Origin: Promethearchaeota archaeon | GTDB lineage: Archaea > Asgardarchaeota > Lokiarchaeia > Sigyniarchaeales > SOKP01 | NCBI GenBank assembly: GCA_019058295.1 | Contig: JAHPZI010000019.1 | Location: 13,005-77,004, forward strand | Length of the DNA stretch: 64,000 nt | Direction of reading: 5' to 3' | Part shown: positions 41,953-51,398 of the stretch, piece by piece | Layout: each line of letters begins with the position of its first letter | Numbering within the stretch: position 1 is the first letter of the stretch | The notes under the pieces: generated by a model | Told to the model about the DNA's origin: nothing | Database searches by the model: none | Seen by the model: the letters and a program-made list of their open reading frames with translations, nothing else | Translations under genes and position numbers: made by a program

Positions 41953-42606
41953 ATGTCTCATGAAGAATTTTTTGAAGAAATTAGTAAAGCAATTATAGAT
42001 CTAGAAGAAGAAAAAGCCATGGAGCTTGCCAAAAAAGCTATTGATAATAAGATGAATGTTCTCGAAGTTATCGAGAAAGGATTTGGAATTGCCATACGTC
42101 GACTGGGTGAATTATGGGATGCAGGAGAGTATTTCTTACCCGAATTAATGATGGGGGGGCTAATTGTTAAAAAGTCTATAGATCTACTATTACCTCATCT
42201 TGATAAAGAAAAAGATAAGTTTCAATTAGGAAAAGCAGTAGTAGCTACAATTGAAGGGGATGTTCATTCGATCGGAAAAACAATTGTAGCAACAATGTTA
42301 AGCGCCTTTGGTTTTCAAGTCTATGATTTAGGAGAGGACGTCCCTCCAGATAAGATAATTGAAGAAGCATTGGAAAAAGAAGTGGATATCATTGGAGTAT
42401 CTTCGTTATTAACAACCACAATGATGGGGCAGAAAAAGCTTATTGAACTTTTAAAGGAGAGAGGAATTCGAGATAAATTCAAAGTTATTCTTGGAGGCGC
42501 TCCCATTACAAAGAATTGGGCTGATGAATGTGGTGCAGATGGCTATGCTCCAACTGCTATGGAAGCAGTTGATTTAGCAAAATCATTGATCGGAAAAGGT
42601 GAATAA
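41953..42606 (+). CDS. Methyltransferase cognate corrinoid protein (MttC-like)
   Basis: FLPEL, EGDVHSIGK (DxHxxG), SSLLTTT and GGAP motifs. Confidence 0.93.
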   Translation: MSHEEFFEEISKAIIDLEEEKAMELAKKAIDNKMNVLEVIEKGFGIAIRRLGELWDAGEYFLPELMMGGLIVKKSIDLLLPHLDKEKDKFQLGKAVVATIEGDVHSIGKTIVATMLSAFGFQVYDLGEDVPPDKIIEEALEKEVDIIGVSSLLTTTMMGQKKLIELLKERGIRDKFKVILGGAPITKNWADECGADGYAPTAMEAVDLAKSLIGKGE

Positions 42607-42609
42607 TTG

Positions 42610-44064
42610 ATGGAAAATGAGTGTAAACCCTCTTATAGATTAATCTCTGATGATCAAATTCAGAGAATTCATAAAGCGACGCTAGAAATATTAGAAAACA
42701 TTGGAGTAAAGATATCCAATGATGAAGGACTAGAACTTTTTAGAGTTTATGGATGTAAAATTGAAAATGAAAATATAGTAAAAATACCTGCTTCATTAGT
42801 CGAGGATTCCATTGAGAAAGTACCCAAGAGTATTGATATCTTTAGTAGGAATGGAGATCTAGCTATGACTCTTGAGAATCGGAATAGTTACTATGGATTG
42901 GGGACGGACCTTGTCTACACATATGATTTAGAAACAGGAAAAACACGAGAGTCGGTTTTACAAGATGTTATAAATGCAACAATTATAGCAGATTATTGTG
43001 AAAACATAGACTTCTTAGCTTCTTACGCTTTACCACATGATGTTCCCACTAATACCATGTATATTGAATGCTTTAAAGCTGAGGTCGAAAATTCTCCCAA
43101 GCCGATCTTCTTTACAGCTGCAGGTAAAGAAGATTTATCCTATATTATCAAGATGGCGGAGACAGTTGTAGGAGATGAAGAGCAATTAAAGGAAAAACCT
43201 TTCCTTATTCATTATTCTGAACCTTTGGCACCATTAACTCATTCATATGGGGCTATAAATAAATTACTTCTCTGTGCAGAAAAACAAATTCCGATATGTT
43301 ATATTCCAACTGTACTATTAGGAGCAAGTGGACCTGTTACATTAGTAGGTGGGATTACACAAGCAAACGCAGAAGCACTCAGTGGTATTGTATTACATCA
43401 GTTGAAATCTAAAGGTGCTCCAATCATATCAGGTTGGGGTGTTGTTCCACTGGATATGAAAGCCACAACTTATTGTTATGGTTCACCCGAATTGCGTTTG
43501 ACAAATACAGCTTTTGCTGATATCTACCATTATTACAAGATACCAATTTGGTCGATTGTAGGAACTGATGCTCATGTTCTTGACCAGCAAGCAGCTATGG
43601 AACATGCATTTGGGACTTTATTAGCTGCCTTGGACGGTGCCAATTTAATTCATGATATTGGTTACTTAGGTCAAGGCTTATTAGGAAATCCAGCAGCAAT
43701 AGTTATGTGTGACGAAATCATCAGTTATGTTAAAAGAATTATGAGAGGGTTTGAAATTAATGAAGAAACACTTGGTTTAGACATAATTAAAAAAGTAGGT
43801 CCGGGAGGAAACTTTTTGGCAGAACCACACACATTAAAACACTTTAGAAAAGAATTATGGATGCCAAAATATGCAAATCGTGAAAATCCTGATTCATGGA
43901 AAGATAAAGGGAGTATAATATATGAAGAAAAAGTTATCAAAAAAGCAAAAGAGATCCTACAACAACATAAACCATTACCTTTATCAAAAGATATTATTAA
44001 TAAATTGCGTGATTTAGCACAAGAGGCTGAAAATAAGCTATTGAATTTTAAATTTTCTGCTTGA
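42610..44064 (+). CDS. MttB-superfamily methyltransferase, no pyrrolysine
   Basis: IHKATLEILE.IGV, GASGPVTL.G, NAEAL and VGPGGNFL motifs. Confidence 0.9.
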   Translation: MENECKPSYRLISDDQIQRIHKATLEILENIGVKISNDEGLELFRVYGCKIENENIVKIPASLVEDSIEKVPKSIDIFSRNGDLAMTLENRNSYYGLGTDLVYTYDLETGKTRESVLQDVINATIIADYCENIDFLASYALPHDVPTNTMYIECFKAEVENSPKPIFFTAAGKEDLSYIIKMAETVVGDEEQLKEKPFLIHYSEPLAPLTHSYGAINKLLLCAEKQIPICYIPTVLLGASGPVTLVGGITQANAEALSGIVLHQLKSKGAPIISGWGVVPLDMKATTYCYGSPELRLTNTAFADIYHYYKIPIWSIVGTDAHVLDQQAAMEHAFGTLLAALDGANLIHDIGYLGQGLLGNPAAIVMCDEIISYVKRIMRGFEINEETLGLDIIKKVGPGGNFLAEPHTLKHFRKELWMPKYANRENPDSWKDKGSIIYEEKVIKKAKEILQQHKPLPLSKDIINKLRDLAQEAENKLLNFKFSA

Positions 44065-44068
44065 AATA

Positions 44069-44518
44069 TTAAATTATATCTCTGAAAAAATCTGTTATTC
44101 TAATTAACTTATTCTCCTTTAAGTCCATAATTAAACGAACTATTACTCCCTTAACCAATAAAGTATCTTTTGATTTTGTGTTTTTGTAACAATCCATCGC
44201 AAGTGTCATAGATGTATTTCCAACATTAATCACGCGTGTATGAATTAAAATATTATCCCCAAATGTAGCAGAATTAATATATTCTACTTCTATTTTTCTT
44301 ACAGGAAATACGATTCCCTGTTTATAGAGAGCTCCACAATCTTTTCCCATCTTTGAGGTAAAACTTATAAATCCATCGTCAAAATAGTTTAGATATTTAT
44401 TTGCATGGACAATGCTCATTAAATCAGTATCATCAACTCGAACCGATAACTCGTGAAAATCTTCGATACCCATTAATTTTTCAATTATTAATTTTTCATT
44501 CTCTTCCTTGGATGTCAT
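44069..44518 (-). CDS. Acyl-CoA thioesterase (4HBT/YbgC hotdog fold)
   Basis: VR..DTD...IVH...YL.YF motif. Confidence 0.85.
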   Translation of the reverse strand: MTSKEENEKLIIEKLMGIEDFHELSVRVDDTDLMSIVHANKYLNYFDDGFISFTSKMGKDCGALYKQGIVFPVRKIEVEYINSATFGDNILIHTRVINVGNTSMTLAMDCYKNTKSKDTLLVKGVIVRLIMDLKENKLIRITDFFRDII

Positions 44519-44540
44519 GATATCTTCATAAATTATATAA

Positions 44541-45263
44541 TTAACATTCCTTTTTTTTGAAACCACATTTAGGACAGATTAATTTCCTAAGACCCACTTT
44601 ATATCCATTTAAATCCATCATATAAGTATTACACACTGGACAGCGTGGTTGATAACTGGGGTACCATTCTCCCTTGATATTGGGCATATTTTCTAATTTA
44701 TTCATAAATTTAAATTTTCCCATATTTTCTTTATAATACTGGATTGTTTGCTGCTCTTGAGCTAAGGATTTTCCCTTATGAATTAGAATCATTAAAAATT
44801 TAATTTTTGAAGGTTTATTTAAGAGAGAAAAAATACGGTGAATAACTTCTTCCTTATATTCAGAAAATAATTTTCCCAGTTCTGGGGGTGCTAGTGCAAC
44901 TAAAATTGATTGAAAATTATCCTTTTTCTTCATATTTTGAAATAAAAATTGATACATACGGGATTGCTCGTCTAATGACCAAATAAAGTTAAAACTTGAA
45001 ATATCGTAATCTTCATTATTTGGTCCAACAATCCTTCTAATAGATGGAGTAATTGTATAGTGAAAGTTATCATTAATTTTTGATTTTAAATCGTCGAAAA
45101 AATCTTTTTCTATTACCGGGAAACTTTTAAGAATACTTTTTAATGATAATAATCTAACTTGAGACAACTCGTTTGTTTTAAGGCCATCCCAAGGGGTATA
45201 TGTATATAGTGTAAAAAATTGACTCATTAATGTGATTAATGTTTTTAATAAAAATAAATCCAT
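44541..45263 (-). CDS. Hypothetical protein with C-terminal Zn ribbon
   Basis: CPVC...CPKCG. Confidence 0.7.
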   Translation of the reverse strand: MDLFLLKTLITLMSQFFTLYTYTPWDGLKTNELSQVRLLSLKSILKSFPVIEKDFFDDLKSKINDNFHYTITPSIRRIVGPNNEDYDISSFNFIWSLDEQSRMYQFLFQNMKKKDNFQSILVALAPPELGKLFSEYKEEVIHRIFSLLNKPSKIKFLMILIHKGKSLAQEQQTIQYYKENMGKFKFMNKLENMPNIKGEWYPSYQPRCPVCNTYMMDLNGYKVGLRKLICPKCGFKKKEC

Positions 45264-45335
45264 TGTATATCTTCGAAAATAAAGCTAATTTTAAAGAATA
45301 AATAATTTATTATTGGATTCTATTTTTAATACATC

Positions 45336-45962
45336 ATGGTTACATCAAATACAAAGCAAGCATTAGCAATTCTTAGAGATTTTTCTAATTTTCAATGGTA
45401 TATTATTGCAATTTTCCTAATTGTCTTCTATATTTATGCTACAGAATATAAAAAGCAGAATTGGGATGGAATCGCTGCTGGGTTAACTTATTTGATGTTA
45501 AATACATTTGCTGAAATTATTAATTCTATATTCTTTGTCGTAACACAGCATGCTCCTCTCTGGGCGGCACCTGGTGGAACAGCATATTTGTTCCTCATCG
45601 GGCTAAATATTGAGTTACTATTTATGTTTTGTCTAATTGGACTTGCGACATCGAAGTTTCTTCCCGAGGATAAAGAGAAAAAATATTTCGGTGTAAATAA
45701 TCGAATCCTTATGGCGGGAATCTTTGCAGTAGTAAGTTTGATTTTTGAAATTTGTCTAAATTTTATTGGAGCTTTAACATGGGACTATTGGTGGTGGAGT
45801 GCGAGTTGTCCATTAGTCATCTTTGGTTATTTTAGCTTTTTTCTAATAGCATTCTGGGTATATGATATTGAAGATATAAATAAAAAAAGGAAAGTTGTAT
45901 TGTTCCTTGCTATGATTACTCTAATACCTTTATTTCTACTTATTGGATTAGGAATTATCTAA
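45336..45962 (+). CDS. Hypothetical multi-pass membrane protein
   Basis: 208-aa hydrophobic ORF. Confidence 0.75.
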   Translation: MVTSNTKQALAILRDFSNFQWYIIAIFLIVFYIYATEYKKQNWDGIAAGLTYLMLNTFAEIINSIFFVVTQHAPLWAAPGGTAYLFLIGLNIELLFMFCLIGLATSKFLPEDKEKKYFGVNNRILMAGIFAVVSLIFEICLNFIGALTWDYWWWSASCPLVIFGYFSFFLIAFWVYDIEDINKKRKVVLFLAMITLIPLFLLIGLGII

Positions 45963-45978
45963 AGTATGGTTTTTTCTC

Positions 45979-46473
45979 ATGTTTGATAATAGTGTAAGTG
46001 ACGATACTAAAAAATTTTCAATGGACAATATTAATTTAAGGTATCAAACAATAGTTTCTGCTCCTATAGAGGAAGTATGGGAATGGATTACATCCTTAGA
46101 GGGAATACAAAAAGAAATGAAGCCCTATTTCAAAATGACTGCTCCTAAAGGTATTAAAAATATTAATGATATCAAAATTGAGTTAGGGAAACCTTTATTT
46201 CGTAGTCATATTTATTTATTTTGTTTTCTACCAATTGGCCATGATGACATGACACTGATTAAATATACAGAAGGTAAAGGCTTTATAGAACAATCCCCTA
46301 TGAGTTCAATGGAACTATGGCGACATGAGAGAGGCTTAGAAAAAGTTGAGCTAGGCACAATGATTACCGATCAATTAACATTCAAACCTCGACATGCTCC
46401 AAAGCTTATGAATAAGTTCTTACAGCGTGTATTTCGTCATCGTCATAAAGTTCTTAAACAAAGATTTGGTTAA
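45979..46473 (+). CDS. SRPBCC/START-like protein
   Basis: AP.EEVW, W.HER and F.HRH motifs. Confidence 0.7.
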   Translation: MFDNSVSDDTKKFSMDNINLRYQTIVSAPIEEVWEWITSLEGIQKEMKPYFKMTAPKGIKNINDIKIELGKPLFRSHIYLFCFLPIGHDDMTLIKYTEGKGFIEQSPMSSMELWRHERGLEKVELGTMITDQLTFKPRHAPKLMNKFLQRVFRHRHKVLKQRFG

Positions 46474-46640
46474 AAAGATGCATTGGACAGCTATGCTGAA
46501 GAAGAGAAACATTTTGGATAAATATATAATTTATCTTTAAGTTTTTTTGTAAGGTGCGTTAGACTTAAATATTTTTTTAATATAGTTCTATTATAATTAA
46601 AATTAAAAATAAAATTAATAGAAAGAAAAGAGGAGAAAAA

Positions 46641-46940
46641 TTGGCAAAATTTATTCAGGACCCTAATATAAGCCTTGATCGCAATTTTAGGAAGGATTAT
46701 GTTCTGGTACAAGGAATTGCTCCTATAAAATTTAAGGAAGATGAATTAGGATCCAAATGGGAATTTAGAGTTGACATTATGGATGATAACGTGCTCATAG
46801 CATCAGTAACGAAAGTTTTTAAACCTAAGAAACTAGAAGTGAACGAAAAATTTAAAGAGAAAGTAGATGGAGCAAAATTTAAGAAAAGATTTATGGACAT
46901 GAATCTTGAGTACAAGTATTTTATTAATCATCTTGATTAG
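46641..46940 (+). pseudogene. Hypothetical ORF, probably truncated or decayed
   Basis: Protein-like 99 aa; coding-like sequence continues in another frame to about 47058 with an internal stop. Confidence 0.45.
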
Positions 46941-47058
46941 CGGGGCGGCAAATATAAAGGCAAATATAGAAGATCCTGAGTTCTGGGAAAGATAAGCTAT
47001 AATTCGGGAAAGATTTAGGAATAAAATACTAAAAGAGAGAAAATATGGAATCAAAAAA

Positions 47059-48387
47059 ATGAATACCCGTAAGGAATTTAAAATGGACCTCACATTTGAA
47101 AGATCGTTCCTTCCAACGAGGTCTTCCAACATTAAGCTTATCGCTTATGTAAAAGGAGAAATAAATGAAGATTTATTTCGAGACGCAGTTAGTAAACTGG
47201 CAACTAAACACCCATATCTCAGATCCAAGGTTGTTATAAGAGGGGATGGTTCAGCATATCTTACTACTGAAGGAGGAAAAGAACCAAAAGTTATTATAAT
47301 CCAAGATAATGAGGATGTACTCGATGCGATTTATCAAGAAGATACACAACCTTCAAACTGGGAAACAGATCCCACAAGTCGGTTTATACTTATAAAAGAT
47401 GCAAATGGTTCTGATGTAATTGTTGCATATGTTCAGCATATAATCGCAGATGGACGCTCTGTTGTTTTTGTTATGAAACACCTTTTAGAAATAATTGCCG
47501 ATCCTACAAAAAAAATCGAGGAATTAACCCCAATTTCATTAGTAGAAAACGCTCCTGCAGATGTTATAATTCCAGATGTAAAGAAATCTTATGCGGAAAA
47601 CATCAATAAAGCCTGGGCTAAAGAAAAAATAACATTTAGTGTTGAAGACTTTATTAGGGTAGCAAAACGGAAATATGAATCCGGACCTGATGTATTTGTT
47701 GATCATGCTTTAACTCAAGATGAAACAACTGCGTTACGAGATAAATCAAGAGAACAAGAAGTTTCCTTAAATGCAGCCCTATTAGCAGCTATTCTTCTCG
47801 CAAAAAATTTAGAGGAAACGGAACCATCACCCAACAAATTAGGTCTTGCTGTTGATGTGAGGAAATTTTTAACCAAAGATGCTGGTGAGGCTTGCAATTT
47901 ACTAGCTTCTGGTACAATGGTAGATCCAGAATACAAAGAAGGTATGGAATTTTGGAACCTTGCAAAAGATATCCACGCAAAGACTCTAACAGCTTTAGGT
48001 TCAAACCAAAATCTCTTTGCGACACGAATGATGACTAAATATATGGACCCTACTTTCAATGATGCCATGTATATGTTCCAGCAAGGTGGTTGGGAAGGGA
48101 CACCTATGATAAAGAAGATGGGTGGTCAAAGAGCTCCTGTTGGAGCAGTTCTTACAAATTTAGGGGGATTGCAATTACCACCAGAATATAAGAGTAAGAA
48201 TCCAATTAATTTGACTGATGCTATTTTCTACCCTCCAATAGGTATTGAAACAGTAATTGAACTGGGAGTCAGTAGTTTATTAGGAAAACTTCATATAGTT
48301 ACTTTATCCCCACAAAATGCTGCCAATAGGGATTTAAAAGAAAGAGTAATTCCAAAAATCATAGAGATTTTGCGAAAAAATCTGTAA
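47059..48387 (+). CDS. Stand-alone condensation-domain acyltransferase (PapA5/Atf-like)
   Basis: HPYLR, QHIIADG (HxxxDG), VDVR and TNLG motifs. Confidence 0.8.
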   Translation: MNTRKEFKMDLTFERSFLPTRSSNIKLIAYVKGEINEDLFRDAVSKLATKHPYLRSKVVIRGDGSAYLTTEGGKEPKVIIIQDNEDVLDAIYQEDTQPSNWETDPTSRFILIKDANGSDVIVAYVQHIIADGRSVVFVMKHLLEIIADPTKKIEELTPISLVENAPADVIIPDVKKSYAENINKAWAKEKITFSVEDFIRVAKRKYESGPDVFVDHALTQDETTALRDKSREQEVSLNAALLAAILLAKNLEETEPSPNKLGLAVDVRKFLTKDAGEACNLLASGTMVDPEYKEGMEFWNLAKDIHAKTLTALGSNQNLFATRMMTKYMDPTFNDAMYMFQQGGWEGTPMIKKMGGQRAPVGAVLTNLGGLQLPPEYKSKNPINLTDAIFYPPIGIETVIELGVSSLLGKLHIVTLSPQNAANRDLKERVIPKIIEILRKNL

Positions 48388-48403
48388 ATTCATTTATTTC
48401 TTT

Positions 48404-48928
48404 TTAGTTTTGGTTCTTTATTATGAATCTTAAAATACATTCATTATCGCCATCGGGAAATCTTTTTACAGCAATTTCCTCCCCCTCAATACCCAAAGCG
48501 TCTAACCACCCAAGGTGTCGCTGCATACAGGCACAAATATATTCATTTTCCTTTTTAGATTTTTTAACTTCTTCCCAAATGAAGCACTTTTTAACAACAC
48601 CGTCCCCTTCTTTATCAGAATGAACCACGAACTTAAATTTCATGATTTTCGGGATGATGACATCCATAAAGGTATTTATTATTTTAAAAAGTTCAGGGAT
48701 TGTTTTTATTGTTCCTTTTTTAACGCCTAGAGCGTTCATGATATGTTTTGCTTCGATTTTTCCCATAGAAAAAATAACTTTTTGGTTTAATCCATTAGCT
48801 CTCTCAATCCCTAATTCTCGTTTCGACTTCAAGAACCATTGTCCATCGTGTTGAGCCCAGCACATCTGCAGGATGAACTTTTGGGTTGCTAAATTTATGT
48901 CATACTTATCTTTTATTATTTGCGTCAT
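48404..48928 (-). CDS. DUF6125/V4R-like hypothetical protein
   Basis: HDG.WF motif and conserved-looking Cys residues (C..W, C.C, ECILRF). Confidence 0.55.
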   Translation of the reverse strand: MTQIIKDKYDINLATQKFILQMCWAQHDGQWFLKSKRELGIERANGLNQKVIFSMGKIEAKHIMNALGVKKGTIKTIPELFKIINTFMDVIIPKIMKFKFVVHSDKEGDGVVKKCFIWEEVKKSKKENEYICACMQRHLGWLDALGIEGEEIAVKRFPDGDNECILRFIIKNQN

Positions 48929-49004
48929 TAAATTTCACTTAATTTTTAATCTGTGTTGTTACAAAAAACAATAACTAACCTCCAATGAGGATTTATGAAT
49001 ATAT

Positions 49005-49304
49005 TCAAAAACTCATTGTATCATAGGGAATATCATTTTTTTCTAACCATTCCTTAAACTCAACATCTGATTTAAACTGTTGTTTAATCAAATTTAATAA
49101 AATGATGGAGACATCTTCAGCTTTAATAGTTAACCAATATTCATTATCAAAATCTCCATATAGATCTTTAAGATATTCGCCGCAGTCATAACCGCTTAAA
49201 ACTAGGTCCCCCTTCTCATTTATTTCTGCGGTTAAAGTATGGTGTTCATCTTTTCCCCTTCTATAATCATAAATAGTTATCTTTTTCATAGCAAAAATTT
49301 TCAA
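49005..49304 (-). CDS. Hypothetical protein
   Basis: 99-aa ORF with globular composition. Confidence 0.65.
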   Translation of the reverse strand: MKIFAMKKITIYDYRRGKDEHHTLTAEINEKGDLVLSGYDCGEYLKDLYGDFDNEYWLTIKAEDVSIILLNLIKQQFKSDVEFKEWLEKNDIPYDTMSF

Positions 49305-49366
49305 TTATTAAAGTTTCTCTAAAGATTTTATGTTAATAAAAAATAAAAAAAAAAAAGATATTAATA

Positions 49367-49936
49367 TTAAGGTTTTTTTAACCAATATCTAAGATATATT
49401 AAAACAATCACTACCATTGGAATGCCCACTATTATCACCAACCACCCTAGCGTTAGGAGATATGCGTATACCCAGTAGCTGTAAGGTTTATTGCCAAAAG
49501 GAGTAAAATAATTTCCATCAATTGCTATATAAATGCAATAGGCGATAAACATAAATATTCCACAGCCACTACCTCCTATTGCTTTTTTCTTTTTTGAATT
49601 CTCGTCTTTGAACTTAGTTCGTTCATTAGTAGGTAATTTTTGCCACCAGAGATACCCTCCTAAGCCAAAAATTAATGCCGCGGGTATTCCAACAAATAAT
49701 AGTTCCCATAAAATCAGGATAATGATGAAACTTACTACCCAATTCAAACTCCATTCATCAAAAGTCGCTGTTCCGTAATTTCCAATGGGAGACGTTTGAA
49801 TATGCCAAATTAGGACGATCACTGCAATTATACAAAGAATTACAATTGCTATTACAAAAAAGAATAGAGCTTTCCAATGTTTTTTAATCATATCTTTCCA
49901 AAATTGTTCATCAGTCATTTTCTGCTCGTTTTCCAT
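49367..49936 (-). CDS. Hypothetical membrane protein
   Basis: Four TM segments, two-fold internal similarity. Confidence 0.75.
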   Translation of the reverse strand: MENEQKMTDEQFWKDMIKKHWKALFFFVIAIVILCIIAVIVLIWHIQTSPIGNYGTATFDEWSLNWVVSFIIILILWELLFVGIPAALIFGLGGYLWWQKLPTNERTKFKDENSKKKKAIGGSGCGIFMFIAYCIYIAIDGNYFTPFGNKPYSYWVYAYLLTLGWLVIIVGIPMVVIVLIYLRYWLKKP

Positions 49937-50071
49937 ATTAATCTTTTATTACTTTCTTATTTTTTTGGTATTTTTTTTTACTTTTATCCTTATTATTTAT
50001 ATTTTAAAAATAGTTTGACAGAAATTATACCATCGAATTACGATGCTTTTAAGGGAGAATACTAAGATTTA

Positions 50072-50827
50072 TTATATCAGATCTTTTAATGCAAGAATCA
50101 AAACCATCGTAAAAATACCAGCAACTATTAAAATCAATTGTCTGATACTATATTTTGCCCCCAATTTCCGATGTAGTTCAGGAGTTAAATCAGATAATGC
50201 TATATACAAAAAACTTGCTGCCGAAATTGCTAGTACATAAGGGATGACAAGAGATATCTCATCTAAAATAAAATAACTTATAATCGCAGCAGGAATCGTA
50301 GTTGATCCTGATAAACTATTGTAAATAAAGGCTTTTTTCTTTGAATAGTTTTTATCAATTAAGATTCCAAGATCTCCTACTTCTTGTGGAATTTCGTGTA
50401 CAATTACAGAAAGACTAACGGCGATTCCAATTGTAAAATCAATTAGAAATGCAGCGGCTATCACAATCCCATCAACAAGATTGTGAAACGCATCTCCAAA
50501 AATAATGATTGGTCCCGCTGCAGATTCTGTGACTTCACATTCAACTTGATGGCAATGACGCCAGATTATTAGTTTTTCTAAGATGAAAAAAAACATTAAT
50601 CCAATTAGGATCATCGGTAAAACTAAATTAAGGTTATATCCTGACCGTATAATCGCTGTGGGGATCATTCCTAAAAATGCTGCTGCTAATAACGTCCCTG
50701 TCGCATATGCTACTAAACATGGAATAAGTTTTTCCTGATGAGCTTTTCCTAACTGAATAAAACCCATTGCTATGATTATTGCTCCAATACTGCCTAAAAT
50801 GCTAAAAAATATTATCCAGAAGAGAAT
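50072..50827 (-). CDS. ZIP-family (ZupT) metal transporter; start uncertain
   Basis: HCH loop, GDAFHN..DG, HEIPQE.GD and DL.PELH motifs; TM1 is encoded upstream of ATG 50767. Confidence 0.9.
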   Translation of the reverse strand: MLFWIIFFSILGSIGAIIIAMGFIQLGKAHQEKLIPCLVAYATGTLLAAAFLGMIPTAIIRSGYNLNLVLPMILIGLMFFFILEKLIIWRHCHQVECEVTESAAGPIIIFGDAFHNLVDGIVIAAAFLIDFTIGIAVSLSVIVHEIPQEVGDLGILIDKNYSKKKAFIYNSLSGSTTIPAAIISYFILDEISLVIPYVLAISAASFLYIALSDLTPELHRKLGAKYSIRQLILIVAGIFTMVLILALKDLI

Positions 50828-50890
50828 ATTGAACCAACTCTTGGATTTTTATTAGATAGATTAATTTTATAACAACTAATTTATATTAAA

Positions 50891-50944
50891 ATATATTAAC
50901 TATAAAACATATATCAACTATAAAATATAAATTAACTAGTATAA
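50891..50944. promoter_or_regulatory. Three imperfect 18-bp tandem repeats in the ZIP/HxlR divergent promoter
   Basis: ATATATTAACTATAAAAC / ATATATCAACTATAAAAT / ATAAATTAACTAGTATAA. Confidence 0.45.
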
Positions 50945-50982
50945 AGAAGAGAAGTAACTATACAATTGGAAAGCTGATATAA

Positions 50983-51321
50983 ATGAATGAAGTCAATTGT
51001 GATTGTGGGATGAATGATTGTTTTCCTGGATGTGGGTGCGAGATATTAACCTTTTTAGGAAAGAAATGGAGCGTGTATATAATAATGCATTTAATGGAAA
51101 TTCAACAGCTCCGATTTAATAAGTTCCTCAATCACATGCCAAAATTAGGACCAAAAAGTCTCTCTGCCAGATTAAAAGAAGCCGAAAATCTAGAATTAAT
51201 AAATAGATCTGTTGAAACTAATAGTCCTGTAAAAGTATTGTATTCTTTAACTAAAAAAGGTATAGAACTTGGAAATTTATTAAAAAAAATGAAACATTTA
51301 GTCCATTCTTGGACAAATTAA
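50983..51321 (+). CDS. HxlR-family winged-helix regulator with Cys-rich N-terminus
   Basis: LGKKW, RFN, LS.RLKE and P.KV.YSLT.KG motifs. Confidence 0.9.
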   Translation: MNEVNCDCGMNDCFPGCGCEILTFLGKKWSVYIIMHLMEIQQLRFNKFLNHMPKLGPKSLSARLKEAENLELINRSVETNSPVKVLYSLTKKGIELGNLLKKMKHLVHSWTN

Positions 51322-51398
51322 TCATTCCTAATAATAAATTTAAGGAGGAATGAGAATTAGTTTAAAAAAATAAAATAAATAAGATTAGAAAAATCAAA

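Noticed and set aside
40469-44064. Pyrrolysine readthrough in the MttB genes
   Set aside because: Both ORFs are full length with no internal TAG
45336-51321. Integron-like cassette array or prophage
   Set aside because: No repeated attC-like sites, integrase or viral genes; gene orientations are mixed
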